Below are positions 56,121 to 64,000 of a stretch of 64,000 bases of DNA, piece after piece; the stretch's first letter is position 1; the number at the start of each line of letters is the position of its first letter. The position numbers and the translations under genes are program-made. Origin of the DNA: Eubacteriales bacterium (GTDB taxonomy: Bacteria > Bacillota > Clostridia > Oscillospirales > CAG-272); contig JBGVFO010000044.1 in the NCBI GenBank assembly GCA_045121195.1, positions 3,899 to 67,898 of the forward strand, given 5' to 3'. Under the pieces are notes generated by a model. The model was not told the origin of the DNA and did not search any database. It saw only the letters and a program-made list of their open reading frames with translations.

Positions 56121-56148
56121 AAAAAGCTCTGCTATGCAGGGCTTTTTG
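56121..56148 (+). terminator. intrinsic terminator after rpsI
   Basis: AGCTCTGC-tat-GCAGGGCT (one G-U pair) followed by TTTTT. Confidence 0.65.
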
Positions 56149-56158
56149 TTTTATATTT

Positions 56159-56206
56159 GTAGGGGCGACCATTGGTCGCCCGCGGGCGTTCAATGAACGC
56201 CCCTAC
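56159..56206. repeat. 48-nt twin-hairpin repeat element, copy 2
   Basis: GTAG-GGGCGACC-att-GGTCGCCC-GC-GGGCGTTC-aat-GAACGCCC-CTAC. Same length and flanks as copy 1. Confidence 0.8.
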
Positions 56207-56251
56207 AAGAACAATGAAAGGGCGGTTCAATTTGCAAAGAATTTCATCGTC

Positions 56252-56326
56252 CTATTTACTTTTGATGAAAATTATGATATAATGTAACTGTTAGATAAAC
56301 TTGAATTTGACGAGGTGATGAAAGTG
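56252..56326 (+). promoter_or_regulatory. promoter-leader module, copy A
   Basis: TG-a-TATAAT at 56278-83, leader GTAACTGTTAGATAAACTT, SD GAGG, GTG 56324. Aligns without gaps to 56963-57037. Confidence 0.55.
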
Positions 56327-56548
56327 AAATCTTACAAAAAGAAAATGATTGTACCAATTATAATCACTTTCATTGTGGTGTTATATTATGTTGTTTACTT
56401 TGGCTTTTTAATTTCACTGCTCAATACGGTATGGAAATATGCCTTTGGCATTATTCCACTTGTATTTTCAGTAATAATGGTCAAGGTTTGCATAGAAAGA
56501 ATAAATGAAATCAAGAAAGGTGAAGAAGATGATCTTAGTAAATACTGA
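56324..56548 (+). CDS. small hypothetical membrane protein (about 74 aa, two TM helices)
   Basis: IVPIIITFIVVLYYVVYFGFLISLL and YAFGIIPLVFSVIMVKV. AT-rich. Start ambiguous (56315/56318/56324); 56324 aligns with the start of module copy B. Confidence 0.45.
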   Translation: MKSYKKKMIVPIIITFIVVLYYVVYFGFLISLLNTVWKYAFGIIPLVFSVIMVKVCIERINEIKKGEEDDLSKY

Positions 56549-56846
56549 TTACATTAGCGGAAAAGAGTTGGAAACCCTTGCTCTGGTAAAGGGGAGTACA
56601 ATTCAATCAAAGCATATCGGAAAAGATATTGCACAAAGCTTTAAAACTCTGGTAGGTGGAGAATTGAAGGCCTATAACGAAATGATGAATGACGCAAGAG
56701 CACTTGCCACCAAAAGAATGGTCGAGGAAGCTGAAGCTCTGGGAGCGGATGCGATCATAAATATTCGTTATGCTTCCTCCGCTGTTATGCAAGGTGCTGC
56801 TGAGGTTATTGTTTACGGTACCGCGGTTAAAATTGTGAACAAGTAA
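56529..56846 (+). CDS. YbjQ-family protein (UPF0145)
   Basis: MILVNTDYISGKELETLALVKGSTIQSKHIGKDI ... GADAIINIRYASSAVMQGAAEVIVYGTAVKI is typical of YbjQ/UPF0145. The start overlaps the upstream small ORF by 20 nt. Confidence 0.75.
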   Translation: MILVNTDYISGKELETLALVKGSTIQSKHIGKDIAQSFKTLVGGELKAYNEMMNDARALATKRMVEEAEALGADAIINIRYASSAVMQGAAEVIVYGTAVKIVNK

Positions 56847-56962
56847 GCAAATTCCAATTTGTCGAGCAGAACAGCGTTGTATGCCTATGTGATCCTGGTG
56901 CAACATGATCTATGAAGCCAAACAACGCGCGTAAAGCTCCAAGAGATATTTTGTTTTTTCTT

Positions 56963-57037
56963 CTATTTATTTTTAGCAAAAATTGTGGTATAATGTAACC
57001 GTTGGATCAACTTAGCATTGAGGAGGCGAATGTAATG
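56963..57037 (+). promoter_or_regulatory. promoter-leader module, copy B
   Basis: TG-g-TATAAT at 56989-94, leader GTAACCGTTGGATCAACTT, SD GAGGAGG, ATG 57035. Confidence 0.55.
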
Positions 57038-57214
57038 GCAAAGAAAAAGAGATTTATAAAAGCCTATAGTCAGGATATGGGCTCCACTATGGTTTTGGTT
57101 GACAAGGAAACGGGAATCAATTATTTGTTTGCTTCAAGCGGTTATGCCGGCGGACTGACCGTTCTGCTTGACAAGGACGGCAAGCCCGTCGTCACGCCGA
57201 TTGAGGATCAATAA
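57035..57214 (+). CDS. small conserved hypothetical protein (59 aa; resembles the DUF6440-type family from memory)
   Basis: MAKKKRFIKAYSQDMGSTMVLVDKETGINYLFASSGYAGGLTVLLDKDGKPVV. Good SD 8 nt upstream. Confidence 0.55.
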   Translation: MAKKKRFIKAYSQDMGSTMVLVDKETGINYLFASSGYAGGLTVLLDKDGKPVVTPIEDQ

Positions 57215-57456
57215 AGCGCGGCTTGCCGAAAAAACGGAGCTGAAGCACTGACACTTTTTCGCAAACGAAACCCTCGGAATGCTCGTAGCTCCGAGGGCTT
57301 TCTTGTTCACGGATCCATCTAAAAAGAGGACAACGCTTGCAAAAAAATATAGAGCATATAATTTTGGGAATTCTGTTGACGGCAAGCGGGAAAAGATGTA
57401 TAATAAGGAAAACGACCGTCCGAAATGGGGCGGAATATTTCATTTCGGAGGAAAAT

Positions 57457-57942
57457 ATGAAAAAGATTGTTGTTTCCGTTCTCGCGTTGGTTCTTGCGGG
57501 GCTTCTTCTCGTTGGTTGCGCGGAAAAGTATGAGCCCAAGGATTTCATGTGCGGCGATCTTGAGATCGAGCTGACCGACGGCTTTGAAAAGAAGGTTTCC
57601 GAGAAGCATAAGGGCTATTATCTGTCCAAGACCATGGGCGTTTACGTTGACGAGTGGCAGTTTGACGATTTTGACGATCCGGAGGCGGCTGCGGAAATGG
57701 ACGTAGACGAGTTTGCGGAGGAGATCGTGGATGCCGGCAATTACCTTACCACGGTCAAGCTGGAAAAGGGTCTTACCACCTTCTCCTACAGAGAGAAGCT
57801 GGGCGGCGAGAAGTACACCTTCTGTGCCTTTGCGTACAAGAGTGACGAGGCGTTTTGGTTGGTAACCTTCTTTACCAGAAGCGAAGCCTTTAAGGATATG
57901 GAGGATACCATTTTCGACTACGCTTGGTCGGTTGAATTCTAA
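57457..57942 (+). CDS. putative lipoprotein, function unknown
   Basis: MKKIVVSVLALVLAGLLLVGCAEK is a signal peptide with a lipobox. Own promoter: TTGACG 57376-81, 17-nt spacer, TATAAT 57399-404. Confidence 0.65.
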   Translation: MKKIVVSVLALVLAGLLLVGCAEKYEPKDFMCGDLEIELTDGFEKKVSEKHKGYYLSKTMGVYVDEWQFDDFDDPEAAAEMDVDEFAEEIVDAGNYLTTVKLEKGLTTFSYREKLGGEKYTFCAFAYKSDEAFWLVTFFTRSEAFKDMEDTIFDYAWSVEF

Positions 57943-57945
57943 TAG

Positions 57946-57976
57946 AAAATCCTCCGCATTTGCGGAGGATTTTTTA
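57946..57976. terminator. bidirectional intrinsic terminator
   Basis: AAAA-TCCTCCGCA-tt-TGCGGAGGA-TTTTTT. Confidence 0.75.
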
Positions 57977-58852
57977 CAGATTCATCAGAACCACGGCGAC
58001 TGTTCCCACAAGAACGCCGATCCATTGACGAAGACGGATCCGCTCCTTGAGGAAGAGGATCGATGCGGCAAGGGTCATAATAAAATTCAGCACACTTAAC
58101 ACGGGGAAAAGCACTGCGCTTGTGAAATATGCCCGTGCCTGAACCTCGATGATCAGCGTGTTATAAAGACTCAGCGCCACGCCTATTATGGCAATGCCAC
58201 AGAAGAATTTAGGATCGACCTTGAAAAGGTCGGTCTTTTTTTCTTTTTTCATGGCAAGCGCTGTGATGAAGCTGAGGAGGGCGCCAATGACGTAGCCGAT
58301 AACGATGAAGCTATCCTTTTCCTCAGAGGGAAAATATTTTCCGTATGCCGATTGGAGAATCCCCGTGAAGCCGCTGGTGACCATCGTGAGCAGGGAAAGC
58401 AAGAGCCACTTGAAGCTTGCCTTCTTTTCGGTTCCGCTACTCGGCCTATTCAAAAGGATCATCGCAACGGCGACCAGAGCGAAGCCAACCCACTGATAGG
58501 GACCGATCTCCTCCTTGAACACGAGAGCGCCAAAGGGGATGATAACGATCATGTTGAAGTTACAAATGATCGAGGTCAGCGAGACGGGGCCCGCGCGAAA
58601 GGCAGAGGAATAAGATACCTGGTACACGTAGTTTACCACACCGAAGAGCAGGGCAAACAGCAGGGTGCTCGTTGAGGGAAGAGCTCGGAAGGAGAAAACG
58701 CCCGTGATAAGTGCGATGGCGGCGAAGATAAAGCCCGTGAGATAAAAGGTGTCAGCGAGGGATCCTACCTTGGATTTCGAATAATGTCCTTGAAGCAAGA
58801 CCTTGGTCGTAACTAGGATCGGCAAAAGCAGCAGAAAAAGATATTTTATCAT
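57974..58852 (-). CDS. EamA/DMT-superfamily transporter
   Basis: 292 aa, 10 hydrophobic segments in a two-fold EamA-like arrangement. Confidence 0.8.
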   Translation of the reverse strand: MIKYLFLLLLPILVTTKVLLQGHYSKSKVGSLADTFYLTGFIFAAIALITGVFSFRALPSTSTLLFALLFGVVNYVYQVSYSSAFRAGPVSLTSIICNFNMIVIIPFGALVFKEEIGPYQWVGFALVAVAMILLNRPSSGTEKKASFKWLLLSLLTMVTSGFTGILQSAYGKYFPSEEKDSFIVIGYVIGALLSFITALAMKKEKKTDLFKVDPKFFCGIAIIGVALSLYNTLIIEVQARAYFTSAVLFPVLSVLNFIMTLAASILFLKERIRLRQWIGVLVGTVAVVLMNL

Positions 58853-58948
58853 GGAAACTCCGTCCTTTCAGATTACGACGCTATTATAGCCGTTTTCTGA
58901 TGTGCCGTCAATGAGGAAAACAAACGGTTTTTTACGAAAAACAAACTT

Positions 58949-59686
58949 TTAATAAAGGAGAGTGACATCCTTGACCGAAAGGGGATCCGGCGGTGCCGCG
59001 TTGGTGACGGCGAGGTCGAAGTCGGAGAGTCTTGCAACTCTGTGAATGCCGCTTGCGTCATACTTGGAGGCGTCAAACACAAGAAGGCGAAATTTGCTTC
59101 GGGAAAAGGCGGCTGTTTTGATCTCCTTTTGCTCAAGGGACCGCTCAAGAGCCTCTCCGTTTTTTACGGCGGCACAGGAGCAGAGCATAAGATCAAAGGA
59201 AAATTCGCCAAGCTGACGCGCCGCGAGGCTTCCCGTTGCCGAAACCGTATTGTGCTGCACGCTTCCGCCCAGCACGATCAGATGAACGTCCCGCTTTTTG
59301 GAGAGCTGGATCGCCGCCTGTAGGTTGTTGGTTACCACGGTTTTGTGGGAAAGATCCATTCGCTCGGCAAGCGCCAGCGCGGTGGAGGAGCTATCCAGAA
59401 AGACCGATTGAAAGGGGGGGAGATGGGGCAGGGCGTTTGTGACGGCATGCTCCTTTTCCTGCGCGTTCTTGTTCATTCGAATAAAAATGGAAACCTCCTC
59501 GGCGTTCTCCGAGAGAATAGCGCCGCCGTGACTGCGCTCCAGAAGCCCCAGCCCTTTCATTTCCGTGAGATCCCGCCGTACGGTGGCTTCGCTTACGAAT
59601 AAGTGCTTCGCCAGATCGTTGACCGAGGCGGTTTTCGTTTCCTTCAGTATCGATAGGATCTTATTTTGCCGTTCGTTCAGATGCAT
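58949..59686 (-). CDS. DeoR-family transcriptional regulator
   Basis: MHLNERQNKILSILKETKTASVNDLAKHLFVSEATVRRDLTEM is an HTH followed by a DeoR C-terminal sugar-binding domain. ATG 59686 follows AGGAGA. The rest of the 559-aa track ORF is a shadow of rhaB. Confidence 0.85.
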   Translation of the reverse strand: MHLNERQNKILSILKETKTASVNDLAKHLFVSEATVRRDLTEMKGLGLLERSHGGAILSENAEEVSIFIRMNKNAQEKEHAVTNALPHLPPFQSVFLDSSSTALALAERMDLSHKTVVTNNLQAAIQLSKKRDVHLIVLGGSVQHNTVSATGSLAARQLGEFSFDLMLCSCAAVKNGEALERSLEQKEIKTAAFSRSKFRLLVFDASKYDASGIHRVARLSDFDLAVTNAAPPDPLSVKDVTLLY

Positions 59687-59824
59687 AAACGTTTCTCCTG
59701 CGCGATTTTGATCGTATTTGATTATATTGTACAACGAAAATGCTTTTTTGTCAAGTTTGCAAAAAGAGGTGGACGAAAAAAAGAAACTGTGGTACAATGA
59801 AAAAGAAGATAGGGAGGCGAAACT

Positions 59825-61204
59825 ATGAAATACTATCTTGCCGTCGATATCGGGGCTTCGTCGGGACGTCATCTTTTGGGATGGCTGGAGGGCGGACACC
59901 TTATCACCGAGGAAATATACCGATTTTCCAACGCGCCAAAAAGCGGCGCATCCGGTCTTGTTTGGGACGTGGAGCGCCTTTACGAGGAGATCGTAAACGG
60001 TCTTGCTAAGGCGGGAGAAATGGGATGCGTGCCGTATTCCGTGGGAATTGATACCTGGGGCGTGGATTACGTTTTGTTGGATAAAAACGATACCGTGTTG
60101 GGGGACGCGTTTTGCTACCGCAATCAACGAACCGCCGAGGCGGTGCCGAGGGTTCATGCCGTTCTTCCCTTCGAGAGCCTCTACGAAAAAACAGGCATTC
60201 AATTCGCAAGCTTTAATACCGTTTATCAGCTGTTTTGCGACAAGGAGAGCGGAAAGCTTGACCGCGCCGAGTCCCTTCTCATGCTTCCCGATTATTTCCA
60301 TTTCCGCCTGACGGGTGTGAAGCGGCAGGAGTATACCAACGCAACAACCACGGGGATGGTGAATGCAGAAACTCACACGTGGGACACGGACATCATAGAT
60401 GCGCTCGGTTTCCCAAAGAAGCTGTTTGGTCCGTTGACACAGCCGTGTGCCGACGTGGGTGAATTTACCGAAGCGATAGCAAAGCGGGTGGGGTATCGCG
60501 CGAAGGTAGTCCTTCCCGCCACCCACGATACCGCAAGCGCGGTGCTGGCAGCTCCGCTTTCGGAGGGGGCGCCGTACATTTCCAGCGGCACCTGGTCGCT
60601 TTTGGGTGCGGAACAGCCTATGGCGCATACGGAGGAGGGGGCAAGGCTCGCCAACTACTCCAACGAGGGCTCTGTGAACGGCACCTTCCGCTTACAGAAA
60701 AATATTATGGGGCTTTGGATGATCCAACAGGTGCGGCACGAAGCCGAGGATGTCTACAGCTTTGAGGAGCTTGCGGCAATGGCGCGCGCGTCGGCGGTGT
60801 CCGATACGGTGCGCGTCAACGACGGACGGTTTCTTGCTCCCGAGAATATGACGGAGGAGATCGCGGTGGCAGTCGGCAGACCTCTTTCGCTGGGGGAGAC
60901 CGCGTACATAATTTACGATAGCCTTGCCAGATCGTATGCCGAAGCCATGACAGAGCTTGAAGGGATCACGGGGCGTCAATATACTACGCTGAACATTATT
61001 GGCGGCGGCAGTAAGAACCGTTTTCTTAACGAGCTGACCGCAACCTACACCAAACGGAGGATCATCACGGGCCCTGCAGAGGGAACCGCTATTGGCAATA
61101 TGTTGATGCAGATGATCGGCGCGGGCGACGTCAAGGACGTTGCCGAAGGACGGAGGATCGTAAAGCGCTCCTTCGACATTGAAGAATTGGAGGAAAAGCA
61201 ATGA
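59825..61204 (+). CDS. rhaB: rhamnulokinase
   Basis: 459 aa. FGGY kinase with AVDIGASSGR ... GIDTWGVDYVLLD ... GIQFASFNTVYQL. Confidence 0.85.
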   Translation: MKYYLAVDIGASSGRHLLGWLEGGHLITEEIYRFSNAPKSGASGLVWDVERLYEEIVNGLAKAGEMGCVPYSVGIDTWGVDYVLLDKNDTVLGDAFCYRNQRTAEAVPRVHAVLPFESLYEKTGIQFASFNTVYQLFCDKESGKLDRAESLLMLPDYFHFRLTGVKRQEYTNATTTGMVNAETHTWDTDIIDALGFPKKLFGPLTQPCADVGEFTEAIAKRVGYRAKVVLPATHDTASAVLAAPLSEGAPYISSGTWSLLGAEQPMAHTEEGARLANYSNEGSVNGTFRLQKNIMGLWMIQQVRHEAEDVYSFEELAAMARASAVSDTVRVNDGRFLAPENMTEEIAVAVGRPLSLGETAYIIYDSLARSYAEAMTELEGITGRQYTTLNIIGGGSKNRFLNELTATYTKRRIITGPAEGTAIGNMLMQMIGAGDVKDVAEGRRIVKRSFDIEELEEKQ

Positions 61205-62442
61205 CAAGATACGAACAGGCAAAGAAGATCTATGCTGCTTACGGCGTGGATACCGAGGCGGCGCTTGCGCGTCTGTCCCGCATTCCCGTCAGCGTGCATT
61301 GTTGGCAGGGGGACGACGTGATCGGCTTTGACGGTGCCGCATCCCTCTCGGGTGGCATTCAGACTACGGGCAACTATCCCGGTCGCGCGCGGAGCAAGGA
61401 GGAGCTGTTCGACGATATCCGTCGCGCCTTCGCGCTGATGCCCGGCAAAAAGCGGGTGAACGTACACGCCTGCTACGCCGTTCTCGGAGAGGACGCGGGC
61501 AAGGTGGACAGAGATGCCTATACCTATAAGTATTTTGAGCCCTGGGTGGCGCTCGCCAAGGAGTGCGGACTTGAGGGCGTGGATTTCAACCCCACGTTCT
61601 TTGGACACCCTATGATGAAGGACGGTCTTTCTCTTTCCTCGCCCGATGAGGAAACCCGAAAATTCTGGGTGCGCCACGGACGCGCGTGCCTTGCCATCGC
61701 TGCCGAAATGGGACGCGCTATGGGTAGCCCCTGTATGGTGAATATCTGGATCCCCGACGGCTATAAGGATATTCCTGCGGACAGAGTCGAGCCTCGTTTT
61801 CGCCTTAAGAGATCTCTTGACGAGATGCTTGAGGGATACGATCGCGAATGGGTGATTCCCGCGGTGGAGAGCAAGGTGTTTGGAATCGGTATTGAAAGCT
61901 ATACCGTCGGAAATAACGAATTTTATCAGAACTACGCGGCGGGCGCGGGTATCTGCTGTCTTCTGGACACGGGACACTACCACCCCACCGAGGTGGTTTC
62001 GGATAAGCTGCCCTCGCTTCTCGCCTTCTACGATAAGGTGGCGCTTCACGTTTCGCGTCCCGTTCGTTGGGACAGTGACCACGTGGTCATTCTTGACGAC
62101 GAGCTTCGCGAGCTTGCCAAGGAGATCGTTCGCGGCGGTGAGGAAAAGGTTTTGATCGGGCTTGATTATTTTGATGCCAGCATCAACCGACTTCTCGCGT
62201 GGGTCATGGGCGTTCGCTCCATGCAAAAGGCGTTGCTTGCCGCGCTCCTTCTTCCTTCCGAGGAGATGAAGGCTTTGCAGGACGAAAACAACTTCACCAA
62301 GATCATGTACCTGAACGAAAAATTCAAGACTATGCCCATGGGTGACGTATGGGAAGAGTATCTTGCGCGAGAGGGCTTATCGGACGATTGGTTTGACGCC
62401 GTGGAAGCCTTTGAACGTGATGTGATCGCAGCGAGAAAATAA
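61201..62442 (+). CDS. rhaA: L-rhamnose isomerase
   Basis: 413 aa. SVHCWQGDDV ... typical RhaA. ATGA overlap with rhaB. Confidence 0.9.
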   Translation: MTRYEQAKKIYAAYGVDTEAALARLSRIPVSVHCWQGDDVIGFDGAASLSGGIQTTGNYPGRARSKEELFDDIRRAFALMPGKKRVNVHACYAVLGEDAGKVDRDAYTYKYFEPWVALAKECGLEGVDFNPTFFGHPMMKDGLSLSSPDEETRKFWVRHGRACLAIAAEMGRAMGSPCMVNIWIPDGYKDIPADRVEPRFRLKRSLDEMLEGYDREWVIPAVESKVFGIGIESYTVGNNEFYQNYAAGAGICCLLDTGHYHPTEVVSDKLPSLLAFYDKVALHVSRPVRWDSDHVVILDDELRELAKEIVRGGEEKVLIGLDYFDASINRLLAWVMGVRSMQKALLAALLLPSEEMKALQDENNFTKIMYLNEKFKTMPMGDVWEEYLAREGLSDDWFDAVEAFERDVIAARK

Positions 62443-62457
62443 ACGGAAAGGAAAATC

Positions 62458-63267
62458 ATGAAAAATATCTTGAAAGCGCCTTTTTTGCGCGAAATGTGTG
62501 ACGCTACGGCGAATATGTACCGCCTCGGCTGGGATGAGCGAAACGGCGGAAATATCAGCTATATGCTGGACGAGAGGGAAGTGGCAAAGTATCTTCGCCT
62601 TGACCGCGTTATCCGTACCATTCCCACAGGCTTTGACGCCCATGCCCTGATCGGTAAGCTCTTTATGGTGACGGGAACGGGAAAATATTTCAAAAACGTA
62701 GAAAAGGATCCCGAGCGCAATCTCGGAATCGTTCGGATCGCCGAGGACGGAACCACCGCAGAGCTTCTTTGGGGCTATTCGGACGGCGGCAGATTCACCT
62801 CGGAATTTCCCGCCCATATGATGAGTCACATTTCCCGTCTTGCGGTAGATCCCGAACACCTCGTGGTGATGCATACCCATCCTACCTATACCATTGCTAT
62901 GAATACCGTTTGTCCTCTCGATGAAAAGGACTTTACTCACAGACTCTGGCAGTCCAATACCGAGGCGGTCGTCGTATTTCCCGATGGCGTGGGCGTGCTT
63001 CCGTGTATGATCTGCGGAACTAACGAGATCGGTGAAGCCACGGCGGAGAAAATGAAGACCTTTCGCCTTGTGGTTTGGACCAACCATGGCATCTACGGAA
63101 CGGGAAAGAGCGTGGATGAGGCATTTGGCCTGATCGAAACGGTGGAGAAGACGGCGCAGATCTATATGCTGACCTTAGGGCACGCCGTGAACGTGATTCC
63201 CGACGAGATCATCAAAGGCCTTGCCGATCTTTGGAACCTTACGCCCTTGGACGGCATCTTGAAATAA
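62458..63267 (+). CDS. rhaD: rhamnulose-1-phosphate aldolase (class II aldolase)
   Basis: 269 aa. GWDERNGGNISYML ... HTHP ... fits RhaD. Follows rhaA. Confidence 0.85.
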   Translation: MKNILKAPFLREMCDATANMYRLGWDERNGGNISYMLDEREVAKYLRLDRVIRTIPTGFDAHALIGKLFMVTGTGKYFKNVEKDPERNLGIVRIAEDGTTAELLWGYSDGGRFTSEFPAHMMSHISRLAVDPEHLVVMHTHPTYTIAMNTVCPLDEKDFTHRLWQSNTEAVVVFPDGVGVLPCMICGTNEIGEATAEKMKTFRLVVWTNHGIYGTGKSVDEAFGLIETVEKTAQIYMLTLGHAVNVIPDEIIKGLADLWNLTPLDGILK

Positions 63268-63273
63268 ATCAAA

Positions 63274-63305
63274 GGGCCTGCGTGAATTTCACGCAGGTCC
63301 TTTTT
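63274..63305 (+). terminator. intrinsic terminator after rhaD
   Basis: GGGCCTGCGTGA-att-TCACGCAGGTCC followed by TTTTT. Confidence 0.7.
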
Positions 63306-63518
63306 ATAGAAATCGGGCGCTCGGGGAATACTAAATAATATAGAGGAATGTCCCGATGCGCCGAGAAAAATTTCTTCCGATAATATTATGCAAAAAGGTA
63401 AATTTCGGTTGACAAAATTTGCATTATGTGTTATGATGAAGTATAATCGGGGAAAAGTGGTATTCTTCAAAAAATACCGCGCAAAACTTTCCCAACAGAA
63501 CGAATTTGGAGGCTACTT

Positions 63519-64000
63519 ATGGAGAAAAGAAGCACGATAGGTGCAGAGAAGATCAACGCGCTTTTTGATGCGGGTACCTTTGTGGAGATCGGCTCCTACG
63601 TTCGCAGAAGCAATCGCGCCGAGGAATACGAGGGCGTGGTTTGCGGCTACGGCTCTGTGGACGGAAAGCTGGTGTTCGCCTTCTCTCAGGATAGCGACCG
63701 TATGAAGGGCGCATTCGACGAGGTTCACGCGAGAAAGATCGAAAAGCTCTACGAGATGGCAATTGCCAACGGCGCGCCCGTTGTGGCAATGCTGGACAGC
63801 GCAGGCGCTGTGATTTATGAAGGCTCGGCCGTTCTTTCCGGTTACGGCAGAGTGATGAAGTGTGTTTCCGAGGCATCGGGCATCATTCCCCAGATCGGCA
63901 TGATTACGGGCGTGTGCGCCGGTATGTCCGCTACCATCGCGGCAATGCTTGACCTTGTCGTAACGGTAAAGGATCAGTCCAAGCTTTACGTAAACGCTCC
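63519..64000 (+). CDS. acyl-CoA carboxyltransferase-domain protein (methylmalonyl-CoA decarboxylase/carboxyltransferase alpha-like), N-terminal part
   Basis: ATG 63519 follows TGGAGG. MEKRSTIGAEKINALFDAGTFVEIGSYV ... GYGSVDGKLVFAFSQD ... GAPVVAMLDSAGA. Open to the window end, so not in the ORF track. Confidence 0.8.
   Translation, partial: MEKRSTIGAEKINALFDAGTFVEIGSYVRRSNRAEEYEGVVCGYGSVDGKLVFAFSQDSDRMKGAFDEVHARKIEKLYEMAIANGAPVVAMLDSAGAVIYEGSAVLSGYGRVMKCVSEASGIIPQIGMITGVCAGMSATIAAMLDLVVTVKDQSKLYVNA

Noticed and set aside
57419-57451. Leader hairpin UCCGAAAUG ... CAUUUCGGA overlapping the SD of the lipoprotein gene; considered as a small riboswitch or thermosensor
   Set aside because: It is a single 9-bp hairpin with a 13-nt loop. 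It matches no riboswitch class I know, and there is no second copy for covariation. Noted only as possible translational occlusion.
59687-60628. Upstream two-thirds of the 559-aa minus-strand ORF 58949..60628
   Set aside because: Only the last 245 codons (from ATG 59686, with AGGAGA SD) form a DeoR regulator. The upstream part is antisense to rhaB and crosses the divergent promoter region.
63306-63518. Long 5' region upstream of the carboxyltransferase gene, examined for a riboswitch or operator (imperfect repeat ATCGGGCGCTCGGGG / TCCCGATGCGCCGAG)
   Set aside because: The pairing is interrupted and short. I found no conserved riboswitch signature, and a plain promoter-like TTGACA (63409-14) explains most of the spacing.

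Overview
This 64-kb window looks like chromosome from a G+C-rich Gram-positive anaerobe, probably Clostridia. Evidence: AddAB instead of RecBCD, a T-box leader, a sortase, GGAGG-type ribosome-binding sites, and IorAB/PaaK. I saw no rRNA, tRNA, CRISPR array, transposase/integrase or recognisable defence gene.

Most of the window is tightly packed housekeeping DNA: addB-addA, queG-like, htrA with a two-component system and sortase, murD, rsmA, secA, trmL, mnmA, pcrA, rplM-rpsI, and a DeoR-controlled rhaBAD cluster.

Five things stand out:
1. A complete T-box leader (13.6-13.9 kb) with a probable Tyr (UAC) specifier controls a six-gene operon: SSS transporter, acyl-CoA ligase, IorA, IorB, PaaK-like ligase, ACT protein. 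I read this as a starvation-induced aryl-acid uptake and reductive-carboxylation (salvage) route to an aromatic amino acid. It is my best candidate for an undescribed regulatory/metabolic system.
2. An AraC-divergent, translationally coupled six-gene operon (21.3-28.8 kb) encodes a cytoplasmic heparinase II/III-like protein plus five redox/isomerase enzymes. It has no transporter and no glycoside hydrolase.
3. A yybP-ykoY-like (Mn2+) riboswitch with an intrinsic terminator precedes a P-type ATPase (39.8-42.7 kb).
4. Two AT-rich patches (about 42.77-43.95 kb and 56.2-57.2 kb) carry small orphan genes with near-consensus promoters.
5. Both patches are associated with structured repeats. A 48-nt twin-hairpin element occurs in two copies that differ by a compensatory base-pair change. 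An inverted doublet of about 50-nt units has inner hairpins that differ in sequence but keep stem and loop. There is also an Asn/Gln-repeat micro-ORF, and a 75-nt promoter-leader module is duplicated in front of two unrelated small genes.

All calls come from reading the sequence and recalling protein families. No database search or folding program was run.
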